From contig CACHAK010000001.1 of the NCBI GenBank assembly GCA_902577765.1, positions 117,151 to 181,150 on the forward strand: 64,000 nucleotides of DNA. Reading direction: 5' to 3'. Source of the stretch: an uncultured Pelagibacteraceae bacterium. GTDB taxonomy: Bacteria > Pseudomonadota > Alphaproteobacteria > Pelagibacterales > AG-422-B15. The notes under the pieces are model-generated. The model was not told the origin of the DNA and did not search any database. It saw only the letters and a program-made list of their open reading frames with translations. Numbering within the stretch: position 1 is the stretch's first letter; the number at the start of each line of letters is the position of its first letter. The position numbers were made by a program, and so were the translations under genes. Shown in pieces: positions 20,643 through 30,144 of this stretch.

Positions 20643-21966
20643 AAGTGATCTAATAAAATATTTTGAAAACGGTATTAAGAATGCCTCCGAAATTAAAATA
20701 GGTACTGAACATGAGAAATTTATTTATCACAAAAGTGATCTTAGTTTAGTTACCTATAGCGGCGATGTAAGTATTAACTCAATTTTTGACGACTTTATAA
20801 ATGACGGTTGGAAACCTGTAAAAGAGAATGAAAATATTATTGCGCTCAATAAAGATAGGGCAAGTATAACACTTGAACCTGGCGGTCAATTTGAATTATC
20901 TGGAGCTCCTCTTAAAACGATCCACGAAACTTGTAAGGAAATTAATAATCACCTCGCATTTACAAAAAAATTAGAAGAAAAATATAATATTGGCTTTTTA
21001 GGACTGGGCTTCTTTCCGATTGGTGATTTAAAAGACGTACCAATGGTTCCAAAGAAAAGATATTCAGAGATTATGACTCCCTATATGAAATCGCTTTCTG
21101 GATTAGGTCTAGAAATGATGTATCAGTCAGCAACTGTTCAAGCAAATTTCGACTATACTTCAGAAAGTGATATGCAAAGAAAAATTAATGTATCAGCATT
21201 CATTCAGCCAATAGTGACAGGTTTATTTTCAAACTCTCCATTCAAAAATTCAAAGCTTTCGGGCTATGAAACTTATAGAGGTTATGTTTGGACAAAAACT
21301 GATCCAGAGAGAACTGGTATTCCCAAGTTTTTGACTGAAAAAACTATGAGCTTTGAGGAATACGTTGATTATGCCTTACAAGTTCCCGTGTACGCAATTA
21401 TCAGAAATAATAATTATCATAATTGTACTAAATATACATTTCAAGACTTGTTAGATGGAAAAAATAATCAATTTGCGCCCGGTGATATTTTAATTGAAGA
21501 TTGGATAAATCATATCTCGACCATCTTTACTGAGGTGAGGTTAAAAACTTTTATTGAAATGAGAGGTGCTGATGCAGGAAGTTACGATACATTATGCGCT
21601 TTACCAGCTTTTTGGTCGGGCATTTTATATCAAGAAGACTCATTAGAAGAAACTTTCAAATTGATTAGTGAATTTGAATATGACGATTTAATTAAATTTA
21701 GGTGTGAAGTTCTATCAAATGGACTCAATTCTACATACAAAAATAAAACTGGCTGGGAACTAGCAGAGAAACTTCTAAATATTTCATTTGAGGGACTCAA
21801 GAGAAGATCTAAGAAAAATTTATACGGAGATGATGAAACTGTTCACTTAGATTATTTATTTGAAGTAATGAGTAAAAAAGAAACCGCATCAGAAAAAGCT
21901 AAAAAACTATATTTTCAAAATGATAAATTGAATACCCAGAAGCTTTTTGAAGGCGAGTCTTTTTAA
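20632..21966 (+). CDS. gshA: Glutamate-cysteine ligase, plant/alphaproteobacterial type
   Basis: 444 aa. Contains GTEHEKF, LEPGGQFELSG and EVRLKTFIEMRGAD, typical of GCS2/GshA type 2. Confidence 0.85.
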   Translation: MLTKSDLIKYFENGIKNASEIKIGTEHEKFIYHKSDLSLVTYSGDVSINSIFDDFINDGWKPVKENENIIALNKDRASITLEPGGQFELSGAPLKTIHETCKEINNHLAFTKKLEEKYNIGFLGLGFFPIGDLKDVPMVPKKRYSEIMTPYMKSLSGLGLEMMYQSATVQANFDYTSESDMQRKINVSAFIQPIVTGLFSNSPFKNSKLSGYETYRGYVWTKTDPERTGIPKFLTEKTMSFEEYVDYALQVPVYAIIRNNNYHNCTKYTFQDLLDGKNNQFAPGDILIEDWINHISTIFTEVRLKTFIEMRGADAGSYDTLCALPAFWSGILYQEDSLEETFKLISEFEYDDLIKFRCEVLSNGLNSTYKNKTGWELAEKLLNISFEGLKRRSKKNLYGDDETVHLDYLFEVMSKKETASEKAKKLYFQNDKLNTQKLFEGESF

Positions 21967-23045
21967 TTTTTTTCAATATAGATTGATTGAGATGGGAAAG
22001 CAAAGCCAGCGCCATTTTTTTCAACAATTTCTTTTATTTCTAAAGCTAATTTTTCTTTGATCTCTAACCACTCGCCCCAATTTGTAGTTGTTGCAAAACA
22101 GTAAATTAACAAATCAATTGAGCTATCAGAAAACTTTTCAATTCTTACGAACAATGGCTGTTCGGAAGATTTAACAAAATTACCATCGCTTGTAATGTAG
22201 TTATCTATCTCGTCTCTAATTTTTCTTAACTGGTCACGTGATGTCCTATATTCTAATCCAATATTCCAATAAATACGCCTACTTTTCATATTGCTAAAAT
22301 TTGTTACAGCATTTTCTGCAAAATTAAAATTTGGAACCATAACAGGCGAGGAGTCAAATCTTCTAACTAATGTGGATCGAAAACCTATTTTTTCTACTAC
22401 ACCTTCAACAATGTTTTCAACTTTAATCCAATCTCCATTTTGAAATCGTTTTTCTAGCAAAATTAAGATTCCTGAAATTAGATTTTTGAACAAATCTTGA
22501 GCACCTAAAGCTACAGCCACACTAAGAAGTCCCAGACCAGCTAGAATTGGTCCAACCTTGATTCCCCATATTTCTAAAACAGCAGCTGCTCCAATTACAA
22601 ATATGAAGAATTTTAAAATTCTCACTCCCCAATCTATAAGATCATTTGTTAGCAACTCGCCTAATTTGTGAACAAATGAAGAAATCGGATCAATAACTTT
22701 ATATAAAAACCAAAAAATTTGAATTGTTATGAGTGAACGATTTAAATTTGCAGCAAACAGTTCAAGAGTTGTATTCAGGTTCAAATACTGAGTGCTAATG
22801 TAAACACCGATCACTACAGGAAAAAACCTTAGAGGGCCATCAAATGCCTCAAGCATCGTATCATCTATTTTAGTCTTAGATTTTTTTACAACAACTTTTA
22901 ATCTACCGATCACAATTTTTGAAAAAATTGACCTTAAAATTACAAATATAAATAGTATGACTATTGCTACTAAAATATTATTAAGATCAATACCAAAAAC
23001 CCCTTGGTTCCATACAGATGATACTAAATTTGCAAAATTTTCCAT
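21963..23045 (-). CDS. Small-conductance mechanosensitive channel (MscS family)
   Basis: N-terminal TM helices, the pore helix GAQDLFKNLISGILILLEKRFQNGDWI, and a beta-domain. Confidence 0.85.
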   Translation of the reverse strand: MENFANLVSSVWNQGVFGIDLNNILVAIVILFIFVILRSIFSKIVIGRLKVVVKKSKTKIDDTMLEAFDGPLRFFPVVIGVYISTQYLNLNTTLELFAANLNRSLITIQIFWFLYKVIDPISSFVHKLGELLTNDLIDWGVRILKFFIFVIGAAAVLEIWGIKVGPILAGLGLLSVAVALGAQDLFKNLISGILILLEKRFQNGDWIKVENIVEGVVEKIGFRSTLVRRFDSSPVMVPNFNFAENAVTNFSNMKSRRIYWNIGLEYRTSRDQLRKIRDEIDNYITSDGNFVKSSEQPLFVRIEKFSDSSIDLLIYCFATTTNWGEWLEIKEKLALEIKEIVEKNGAGFAFPSQSIYIEKN

Positions 23046-23087
23046 TTGCTAAACATACCTTATTTGTTTTGTTAAGAACAGATTTAG

Positions 23088-23951
23088 TTAGGTGAGAAAA
23101 TTATTAATTTCACTTGCAACATCCTCAGTTTTTTCAAGTGGGAGCATATGCGATGTCTCATCAATAAAACAAATCTCAGTTTGAGGATTTAATTTTTTAA
23201 TTCTATTTTGACTTGTCACATTACAGACAACACTGTTAGGTGTGAGTATAATCTTAATTGGAATATTAATTTTCTTTAAATCAAACCAAACCTCATGCGA
23301 GGTTAGCTTAAAGCAAGCTGACTCCCAGCGTGGATCACATTTTAAAACATATTTATTTTGGTCATTTTTTTTAAGTCCATATTGTACGTAGTCTGTGATT
23401 ATCTTTTCACTGATGTTTTTAAAAAGAGGTTTACTAGAAAAATATTTATGAGCTTCAGCTTCGCTATTCCACAAATTACGTCTAATCAAAGCATTCTTTG
23501 AAAGAGGACTTGCTAAATGAGCAAGATTAACAATCTGTAAAAGCTTGTATGAAATGATATACCTCAATGGCAATATTACAGGGTCTATGAGGATAAGTTT
23601 CTTTACTAATTGAGGTTTTGAGAGAGCTAGCAGCAAACTCGCAGTGCCTCCCATTGAATGACCTGACAAAGTCACTGGCTCATTATGTTTTTTAACTAAT
23701 TGCTCCAAATCATCCCTAAAAGTATACCATGATTTTAGTTTATTAGAGTCTGCAATTAAATCGGTTTCGCCATGACCACGCATATCATATGTAATAACCT
23801 CGTATGAATTATCAATTTTATTTAAGAGATCAGTATATGTCTGTCCACAGAAACCATTAGCATGAGAAAAATATAGTATATCATTTGTTTTTTTTGATCT
23901 TCTGTAAGTTGCGATATTACCAGTGTCAATTTTGACATTTTCTTTAATCAT
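23088..23951 (-). CDS. Alpha/beta-fold hydrolase
   Basis: HANGF oxyanion region and nucleophile elbow GHSMGG. The start is set at internal Met (MIKENV, 23951), 4 nt after the upstream stop; the longer ORF (to 24026) would overlap the upstream gene by 71 nt. Confidence 0.75.
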   Translation of the reverse strand: MIKENVKIDTGNIATYRRSKKTNDILYFSHANGFCGQTYTDLLNKIDNSYEVITYDMRGHGETDLIADSNKLKSWYTFRDDLEQLVKKHNEPVTLSGHSMGGTASLLLALSKPQLVKKLILIDPVILPLRYIISYKLLQIVNLAHLASPLSKNALIRRNLWNSEAEAHKYFSSKPLFKNISEKIITDYVQYGLKKNDQNKYVLKCDPRWESACFKLTSHEVWFDLKKINIPIKIILTPNSVVCNVTSQNRIKKLNPQTEICFIDETSHMLPLEKTEDVASEINNFLT

Positions 23952-23955
23952 TATT

Positions 23956-24381
23956 TTAATGACATGACTCGTTATACTTTTTGAGTCTGTAATAATTATA
24001 TGGAAGCGGAGTAATAAAACCCGCAAGCAACATAAAAGGAATTATTGTAATAGTCAGAACTCCACCAGCGAATATTAAATCTGTAGCATTCATAGCCACT
24101 TCCATACTAATCATGCTGATGAAACTCATTTTAAATGCAATAATAATTGCTTCAGCAAAAATAAATGTTCTCATCAGAATTATAGTTTCTAGTATAATGC
24201 TTGTAATCAATCCATTTAGTATTGCGAGCAACATCACCACATATATGGACAAAGAGTGATCAATGATTTGAAAGTAATAAATCGTTCCAAAGTCACCAAT
24301 ACTGCAGCCAATTAAACACCACATTGTATTGTAGCTTGCTTTCTGCCAAGTATGTTTACACGTCCAGCTAATATCAAACAT
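23956..24381 (-). CDS. DUF4396-like integral membrane protein with CxxGC motif
   Basis: 141 aa with about 4 TM helices. N-terminal WCLIGCSIGDFG matches my recollection of DUF4396. 8-nt overlap with the upstream DUF1289 gene. Confidence 0.6.
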   Translation of the reverse strand: MFDISWTCKHTWQKASYNTMWCLIGCSIGDFGTIYYFQIIDHSLSIYVVMLLAILNGLITSIILETIILMRTFIFAEAIIIAFKMSFISMISMEVAMNATDLIFAGGVLTITIIPFMLLAGFITPLPYNYYRLKKYNESCH

Positions 24382-24595
24382 GATTTTTTAAAAATTCTTT
24401 TTTTCTTTCTTTAGCATCTTCTATTGCTAACTGTTTTTCAGAATTACTCATTTTCACCCAATTAGTTATTTCAAACTGTTCCCTAAAACAACCAATGCAA
24501 ACATTCCCATCCATGAAGTCTTTCTTATACTTACAAATTTTAACACATGGACTACCGATATATTCGTGGTTTTCTTTAAATTGGGCCATTTGCAT
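24374..24595 (-). CDS. DUF1289-like small cysteine-cluster protein
   Basis: 73 aa with SPCVKICKY....CIGCFR...EITNW, the DUF1289 pattern. Confidence 0.7.
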   Translation of the reverse strand: MQMAQFKENHEYIGSPCVKICKYKKDFMDGNVCIGCFREQFEITNWVKMSNSEKQLAIEDAKERKKEFLKNHV

Positions 24596-24666
24596 AATAA
24601 ATTCAACTTTCAGCTTGATTTATTTATATATTTCAATAAAAAGCAACATCAATTCCAAATATTCTT

Positions 24667-25323
24667 ATGGCACGAATTACTGTTGAAGATTGTATTAAGT
24701 TGGTAAATAACCAATACGATTTAGTCATCTTAGCTAAAGAAAGAGCTGTTCAATTAGGTAGAGGGGCTACCCCAGCGGTTGACCCTGAGAATGATAAAAA
24801 ACCTGTTATTGCTCTTCGAGAAATTGGAGAATCAAAAATAACCGCTGAAGAGTTAAAGGAAAGTATTGTTTCGAAGCTTAGACAAATACCTGATTATGAA
24901 GAAGAGGAAGAGCTTGAAGAAGTTGATAATGATACTTTCAGACAGATGTATCAAGGTGGTTTATCAAAGTCAGAAATGGAAAAATCGGCTACGAGAAAAT
25001 TTACTGCTCGTTCACCAAGAGTAGAGTCTAGAGCAAAGCCAATTGAAGAAGTTATTCAACCACAGCCATCCTCTGATGAAATAGTTCCAAGTGATGATGA
25101 ACTTGAAAAAATTGAACAAGAAAATTCTGAAATTGATATGATGAATGATGCAGAAAATTCAGATGTAATGGAAGAACCAACACCACTAAGTGAGTCCATG
25201 AACGTATCAGAGGTTGAGGAAACTGAAATAAACACCATTGAAGCAGATGAGGTTTCAGAAAGTATCGACACAGTTCCTGAAACTGAAACAGTAATTCAAG
25301 AAGAAAACGATACAAAAGAATAG
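24667..25323 (+). CDS. rpoZ: DNA-directed RNA polymerase omega subunit with long acidic C-terminal extension
   Basis: N-terminus MARITVEDC...NQYDLVILAKERAVQL is canonical omega. Residues ~75-218 are D/E/S-rich low complexity. Confidence 0.85.
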   Translation: MARITVEDCIKLVNNQYDLVILAKERAVQLGRGATPAVDPENDKKPVIALREIGESKITAEELKESIVSKLRQIPDYEEEEELEEVDNDTFRQMYQGGLSKSEMEKSATRKFTARSPRVESRAKPIEEVIQPQPSSDEIVPSDDELEKIEQENSEIDMMNDAENSDVMEEPTPLSESMNVSEVEETEINTIEADEVSESIDTVPETETVIQEENDTKE

Positions 25324-25331
25324 TAGCCGTC

Positions 25332-26462
25332 ATGAATTTCGACTTCTCAGATGATCAAAAACTTCTCCGTGATCAAGCAAGAAAATTTTTATTCGATAAG
25401 TGTGATCGTAAATCAGTAAGATCAATTCTTGATAACGATCAACTGCATTATCATAAGGAACTATGGTTACAAATATCTGAAATGGGTTGGACTGGTACTG
25501 CAATTCCAGAGGAATATGGTGGACTTGGTCTCGGTATGTTGGAATTATGTGTCATAGCAGAAGAATTGGGAAGATCTCTAGCGCCTACACCATTTTCATC
25601 ATCAATATATTTATTTGCAGAATTTATCAAAAACTATGGCTCTGAAGATCAAAAGAAAAAATTCTTACCTTTAATAGCATCAGGTGAAAAAATAGGCACA
25701 TTTGCATTGTCAGAAACAAATGGAACTCCAAAACCATCAAATATAAAGACAAAGTTCTCATCTGGAAAAATTAATGGCTACAAATCACCTGTAAGTGATG
25801 GAGAGTCAGCTGATTATCTAATAATCGCTGCCAATAGCGATGATAAGGGAAATAGAAATTCACTTTCATTATATATCGTCGATTTAAATGAAAATGGAGT
25901 AAATAAGACAAGCCTTGAAACTATTGATCCTACCCGACCTGCATGCAGTATTAATTTTGAAAATGTAGAAGCCGAACTAATTGGTGAGCAAGGAATGGCA
26001 TGGGATATGACAGAAAACATACTTAACAGAGCGGCAGTTTTATATTCATTTGAACAAGTTGGAGGAGCGCAAGTTTCTTTGGATGAAGCAAAAAAGTATT
26101 CAATGGAAAGGTTTGCTTTCGGAAGACAAATTGGTTCATTTCAGGCTTTAAAGCATAAAATGGCAGATATGTATGTTAAGATCGAATTAGCTAGATCTAA
26201 TGCATACTATGGTGCGTGGGCCTTAAGTACCGATTCCAATGAATTACCAGTTGCTGCAGCAGGTGCAAGAGTGAGTGCATCTGACGCCTTTAATTATGCT
26301 GCAAAGGAGAATATTCAAATCCATGGAGGTGTTGGTTTTACATGGGATTATGATTGTCACTTGTTTTACCGTAGATCAAAACTACTTTCTTTAAATATTG
26401 GAAGTACGAGGCAATGGAAAGAAAATTTAATTTCAAATCTTGAGAAAAGGAATATAGTTTAA
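25332..26462 (+). CDS. Acyl-CoA dehydrogenase-fold protein, apparently lacking a catalytic base (putative beta subunit)
   Basis: ACAD fold (FALSETNG, FGRQIGSFQALKHKMADM, IHGGVGFTWDYD). It has ILNRAAV (Asn before the helix-G Arg) and LNIGSTRQWK instead of the YEG motif. Confidence 0.8.
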   Translation: MNFDFSDDQKLLRDQARKFLFDKCDRKSVRSILDNDQLHYHKELWLQISEMGWTGTAIPEEYGGLGLGMLELCVIAEELGRSLAPTPFSSSIYLFAEFIKNYGSEDQKKKFLPLIASGEKIGTFALSETNGTPKPSNIKTKFSSGKINGYKSPVSDGESADYLIIAANSDDKGNRNSLSLYIVDLNENGVNKTSLETIDPTRPACSINFENVEAELIGEQGMAWDMTENILNRAAVLYSFEQVGGAQVSLDEAKKYSMERFAFGRQIGSFQALKHKMADMYVKIELARSNAYYGAWALSTDSNELPVAAAGARVSASDAFNYAAKENIQIHGGVGFTWDYDCHLFYRRSKLLSLNIGSTRQWKENLISNLEKRNIV

Positions 26463-26464
26463 TT

Positions 26465-27748
26465 ATGGACTTCAATGATTCACAGCAGGAAGCTGCATTT
26501 AGAAAAGAGGCTAGAGATTTTCTTGAGGCAAATGCCGAAAAGAGATCAATCATCTCTGACAAACCAAATGATAAAAGCCCTCAAATTGCTGTTGCAGGCG
26601 CCCCTGAAACAGTAAAGGGCGGTAAAGAAGCGGCGCAAGAGGCACTAGAGCGAGCTAAAGTATGGCAAAAGAAGAAAGCTGAAGCAGGTTTTGCTGCCAT
26701 CTTATGGCCAAAAGAATTTGGTGGTTATGGTGGTTCACCGATACAACAAGTTATCTACTCACAAGAAGAACATGATTACTTGGTTCCTTCTGGATATTTT
26801 GAGATTGGAATTGGTATGCTTGGCCCTACAATGATGGTGTGGGGTAAAGATGAAGATAAAAAAAGATACTTACCTAAAATGATCACAGGTGAAGAAATAT
26901 GGTGCCAGCTTTTTTCAGAACCTTCAGCAGGATCGGATTTAGCTGGAATTAAAATGAAAGCAGAAAAGGATGGCGATGAGTGGGTTTTAAACGGGCAAAA
27001 AGTTTGGACATCTGGAGCACACTTTGCTGATTATGGAATGATAGTTGCAAGATCAGATCCATCTGCATTAAAGCATAAAGGCCTTACTTATTTTTATCTA
27101 GATATGAAAACTCCAGGCATAGAAATAAGGCCAATTAAGCAGATTTCAGGTACCTCAAATTTTAACGAAGTCTTTTTCAATGATGTAAGGATCCCTGACA
27201 GCCAAAGACTAGGTGGAGAAGGTGAAGGCTGGAAAGTTGCGCTTACTACACTTATGAACGAAAGGCTTGCGGTTGGCGATCCTCCAGGTCTTGATTTTGA
27301 TCAAATATTTGAAGCGACTAAGGAATTAGAAGTTGAAGACGGTCTTGCAATCAAAAATAGTGAAGTTAGACAGAAAATGGCTGACTGGTATGTTCAATCT
27401 CGCGGTTTGCAATATACAAAATTCAGAAGTATTACTGCTTTATCAAAAGGTCAGACCCCAGGTCCAGAGCTATCAATAAGCAAACTTGTTACAGCATCAA
27501 AGATGCAAGATGTTTCAGCTTATGCGCTCGAACTGATGGACTCTTCAGGAATGGTACATCACGATCAAAACCCTGTATTAAAGAACTTATTTCAGAATGG
27601 ATATTTTTTCTCTGCGGCAATGAGAATTGCTGGTGGTACAGATGAAGTTCTTCGTAATATTATTGCAGAGCGAGTTCTTGGCTTACCACAAGATGAAAGA
27701 GCGGATAAAAAAGTTCCATTTAACGAACTTCCTTCTGGCAAAAACTAA
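26465..27748 (+). CDS. Acyl-CoA dehydrogenase with IVD-type Glu-Arg (putative alpha subunit)
   Basis: LFSEPSAGSDLAG, WTSGAH, LMNERLAVG, and C-terminal IAGGTDEVLRNII. Starts 2 nt after the upstream ACAD stop. Confidence 0.85.
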   Translation: MDFNDSQQEAAFRKEARDFLEANAEKRSIISDKPNDKSPQIAVAGAPETVKGGKEAAQEALERAKVWQKKKAEAGFAAILWPKEFGGYGGSPIQQVIYSQEEHDYLVPSGYFEIGIGMLGPTMMVWGKDEDKKRYLPKMITGEEIWCQLFSEPSAGSDLAGIKMKAEKDGDEWVLNGQKVWTSGAHFADYGMIVARSDPSALKHKGLTYFYLDMKTPGIEIRPIKQISGTSNFNEVFFNDVRIPDSQRLGGEGEGWKVALTTLMNERLAVGDPPGLDFDQIFEATKELEVEDGLAIKNSEVRQKMADWYVQSRGLQYTKFRSITALSKGQTPGPELSISKLVTASKMQDVSAYALELMDSSGMVHHDQNPVLKNLFQNGYFFSAAMRIAGGTDEVLRNIIAERVLGLPQDERADKKVPFNELPSGKN

Positions 27749-27755
27749 GCTCTAA

Positions 27756-28607
27756 GTGTTTACAACGATATTTAGCAATGTTGCCTCTGGCGACTTGCTA
27801 TATTCTGTTCTGTTATTGGTTAGTACTGGTATTTTTGCTGGATTTATTGCAGGACTTTTTGGAATTGGAGGAGGTGTAGTTGTTGTACCAGCTCTATACT
27901 ATATCTACACACTAGCAGAAGTAGATGAGAGTATAAGAATGCACTTGGCTGTTGGAACTTCCCTTGCAAACATTGTTCCAATTTCAATTATATCAGCCAT
28001 AAATCATCATAGAAGAGGTTCAGTCAATTTAGATTTTTTAAAATTTATCTTTTTGTCATTATTGATCGGAGTGATTTTTGGTTCGATAGCAGTATCATTT
28101 CTTGAAGGTAGCAGTCTAATACTAATTTATTCTATAATTTTATTTTTTGTTGCCCTTCAATTTTTCTTTTGGAAAGATGAATGGAGATTTGCTGATAAAT
28201 TTCCAAACAATTTAAAAGGTCATGGCTATGGATCAACAATTGGTTTTTTATCTGTAATAATAGGCGTTGGGGGTGGCTCAATAAGTATACCCATCTTAAA
28301 ACTTTATAACTTCGATATACACCGTGCTATTGGAACTGCTGCAGGCATTGGAACAATAATTGCTGTCCCTGGTACAATTGGTTTCATTATAGCGGGAATT
28401 CAAAATAATGTATCCCTGCCTCTTACATATGGATACGTAAGTTTAGTAGGTTTAATTTTAATAACGCCCATGACAATTATAGGCGCCCCTTTAGGCGTAA
28501 GATTTGCCCATTATCTCTCCAAAGGTAAATTAAGTTTTATTTTTGGTTTATTTATTTTATTTATGTCTATTCGCTTCTTTATAGAATGGGCGTCATTAAC
28601 ATCATAG
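27756..28607 (+). CDS. TauE/SafE (TSUP) family anion exporter
   Basis: Polytopic membrane protein with two repeats carrying GIGGGVVVVP / GVGGGSISIP; GTG start. Confidence 0.8.
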   Translation: MFTTIFSNVASGDLLYSVLLLVSTGIFAGFIAGLFGIGGGVVVVPALYYIYTLAEVDESIRMHLAVGTSLANIVPISIISAINHHRRGSVNLDFLKFIFLSLLIGVIFGSIAVSFLEGSSLILIYSIILFFVALQFFFWKDEWRFADKFPNNLKGHGYGSTIGFLSVIIGVGGGSISIPILKLYNFDIHRAIGTAAGIGTIIAVPGTIGFIIAGIQNNVSLPLTYGYVSLVGLILITPMTIIGAPLGVRFAHYLSKGKLSFIFGLFILFMSIRFFIEWASLTS

Positions 28608-30110
28608 TTTTTGGTCGTATTCTCCAACTTTACCAGTTTCATTTAAAAGTGTATTTATGTATTTAAAAATCATTTCAACTTCTTCATTTGAAACAAGGCT
28701 TTCAATAACTATAACTAAAGATGGCTTATTTGATGACGCTCTGATTAGTCCCCATGAACCGTTCGATAAACTAAATCTAATTCCATTTACTGTATTTGTA
28801 TCAACAATTGCACAGTTAGCAATTTTTGTTTTGTTGTTTTGGTCTTGAATTATTTTTTTTGTTATTTCATCGACGACAGCATATTTTTCTTCATCCTTGC
28901 AGAAAGGTGCCATAGTAGGAGATTGATAAGAGGTATTCAAATTTGAATACAATTCAGACATACTCTTATTTTTATGGTGATCCAAATATTCAATAATCAT
29001 AGAAGCTGATTTAAGACCATCGTCAAAGCCCAATCCTAGAGGCTTACCAATGAAAAAATGACCACTTTTTTCGAAACCGCATAAAGCTTTTAATTCATTT
29101 ACTCTTCTTTTCATGTGCGAGTGGCCAGTCTTCCACATATCAACCGTACAATTATTTTTTTTCAAAATTTCATTATTAAAAAATAAACCTGTCGATTTTA
29201 CATCGATAACAAATTTTGAACTTGAATATTTCTCAGATAAATACTCTGCAAGCATTAATCCTATTTTGTCAGAAAATATTTCATTACCTTCATTGTCCAC
29301 AACCCCAAGACGATCGCCATCGCCATCAAAAGCAAATCCTACATCTGCATTATTATCTTTTACGCTTTTTGCAAGATCATTGAGCATTGTAAGATCTTCT
29401 GGATTAGGGTTATAGTTTGGAAACTTAAAATCTAAGTTGCAATGCAGTTCAATTACTTCACATCCAAGACTCTTTAACAAATCAGGGGCAAATGCACCAG
29501 CCGTTCCATTGCCACAAGCTAAAACAACTTTCATATTTCGTTGTACCGATTGAGTGCCCTTAAGATATTTTAGATATGCATCACGAATACCTTTTTTAAA
29601 TTCGTAAGTGCCATTATTTGATGCAATAAAATCATGACTATTTTCAGCAATATTCTTTATTTTATCTATATCATCTGGTCCAAAAGTAAGTGATTTTTCT
29701 ATTCCACATTTTATTCCAGTCCAACCGTTTTCATTATGGCTTGCAGTTACCATGGCAAGACTATCGGCATCTAAGTGATGTTGGGCAAAATATATCATAG
29801 GCGATAAAGCTAACCCCACGTCGATTACTTTGAGACCACTTGTCAATAAGCCTTTTGTTAGATGGTATTTTACTTCACTACTGTATGATCTATAGTCTTG
29901 ACCAATAACAATTGAAGAGCCTTGGCCTTTAAAATTAGTTATATATCTTCCAAGACTGTAACCAAATATTTCCAATCCTTTTTTATTTATTTCCTCAGGA
30001 TAAAGCCATCGTGCATCATACTCTCTAAACCCGTTTGGAGAAATTTGAGCTCTATCTAAACTTTCGTTAAAATCAAGAGAAAGAGGTTTTTGATTTTCAA
30101 AAATTTCCAT
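28602..30110 (-). CDS. Phosphomannomutase/phosphoglucomutase
   Basis: Active-site TASHNENGWTG, metal loop FDGDGDRLGVVD, and GFEKSGH. The start is set at internal Met (MEIFENQ, 30110); the 34-codon extension in the ORF track runs antisense into the riboswitch region. Confidence 0.85.
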   Translation of the reverse strand: MEIFENQKPLSLDFNESLDRAQISPNGFREYDARWLYPEEINKKGLEIFGYSLGRYITNFKGQGSSIVIGQDYRSYSSEVKYHLTKGLLTSGLKVIDVGLALSPMIYFAQHHLDADSLAMVTASHNENGWTGIKCGIEKSLTFGPDDIDKIKNIAENSHDFIASNNGTYEFKKGIRDAYLKYLKGTQSVQRNMKVVLACGNGTAGAFAPDLLKSLGCEVIELHCNLDFKFPNYNPNPEDLTMLNDLAKSVKDNNADVGFAFDGDGDRLGVVDNEGNEIFSDKIGLMLAEYLSEKYSSSKFVIDVKSTGLFFNNEILKKNNCTVDMWKTGHSHMKRRVNELKALCGFEKSGHFFIGKPLGLGFDDGLKSASMIIEYLDHHKNKSMSELYSNLNTSYQSPTMAPFCKDEEKYAVVDEITKKIIQDQNNKTKIANCAIVDTNTVNGIRFSLSNGSWGLIRASSNKPSLVIVIESLVSNEEVEMIFKYINTLLNETGKVGEYDQKL

Positions 30111-30144
30111 TTTTTTCTTGCTTTGTAATTTCAAATATACAATA

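Noticed and set aside
23952-24026. Longer start (MRVLLLRF…) for the alpha/beta hydrolase
   Set aside because: It would overlap the upstream DUF4396 gene by 71 nt. The internal Met at 23951 gives a 4-nt gap, and the extension has no hydrolase-fold similarity.
25052-25333. 93-aa and 71-aa minus-strand ORFs antisense to the rpoZ tail
   Set aside because: They are artefacts of the GAA/GAT-rich low-complexity coding repeat, whose complement is stop-poor. They have no start context and lie entirely inside a supported gene.
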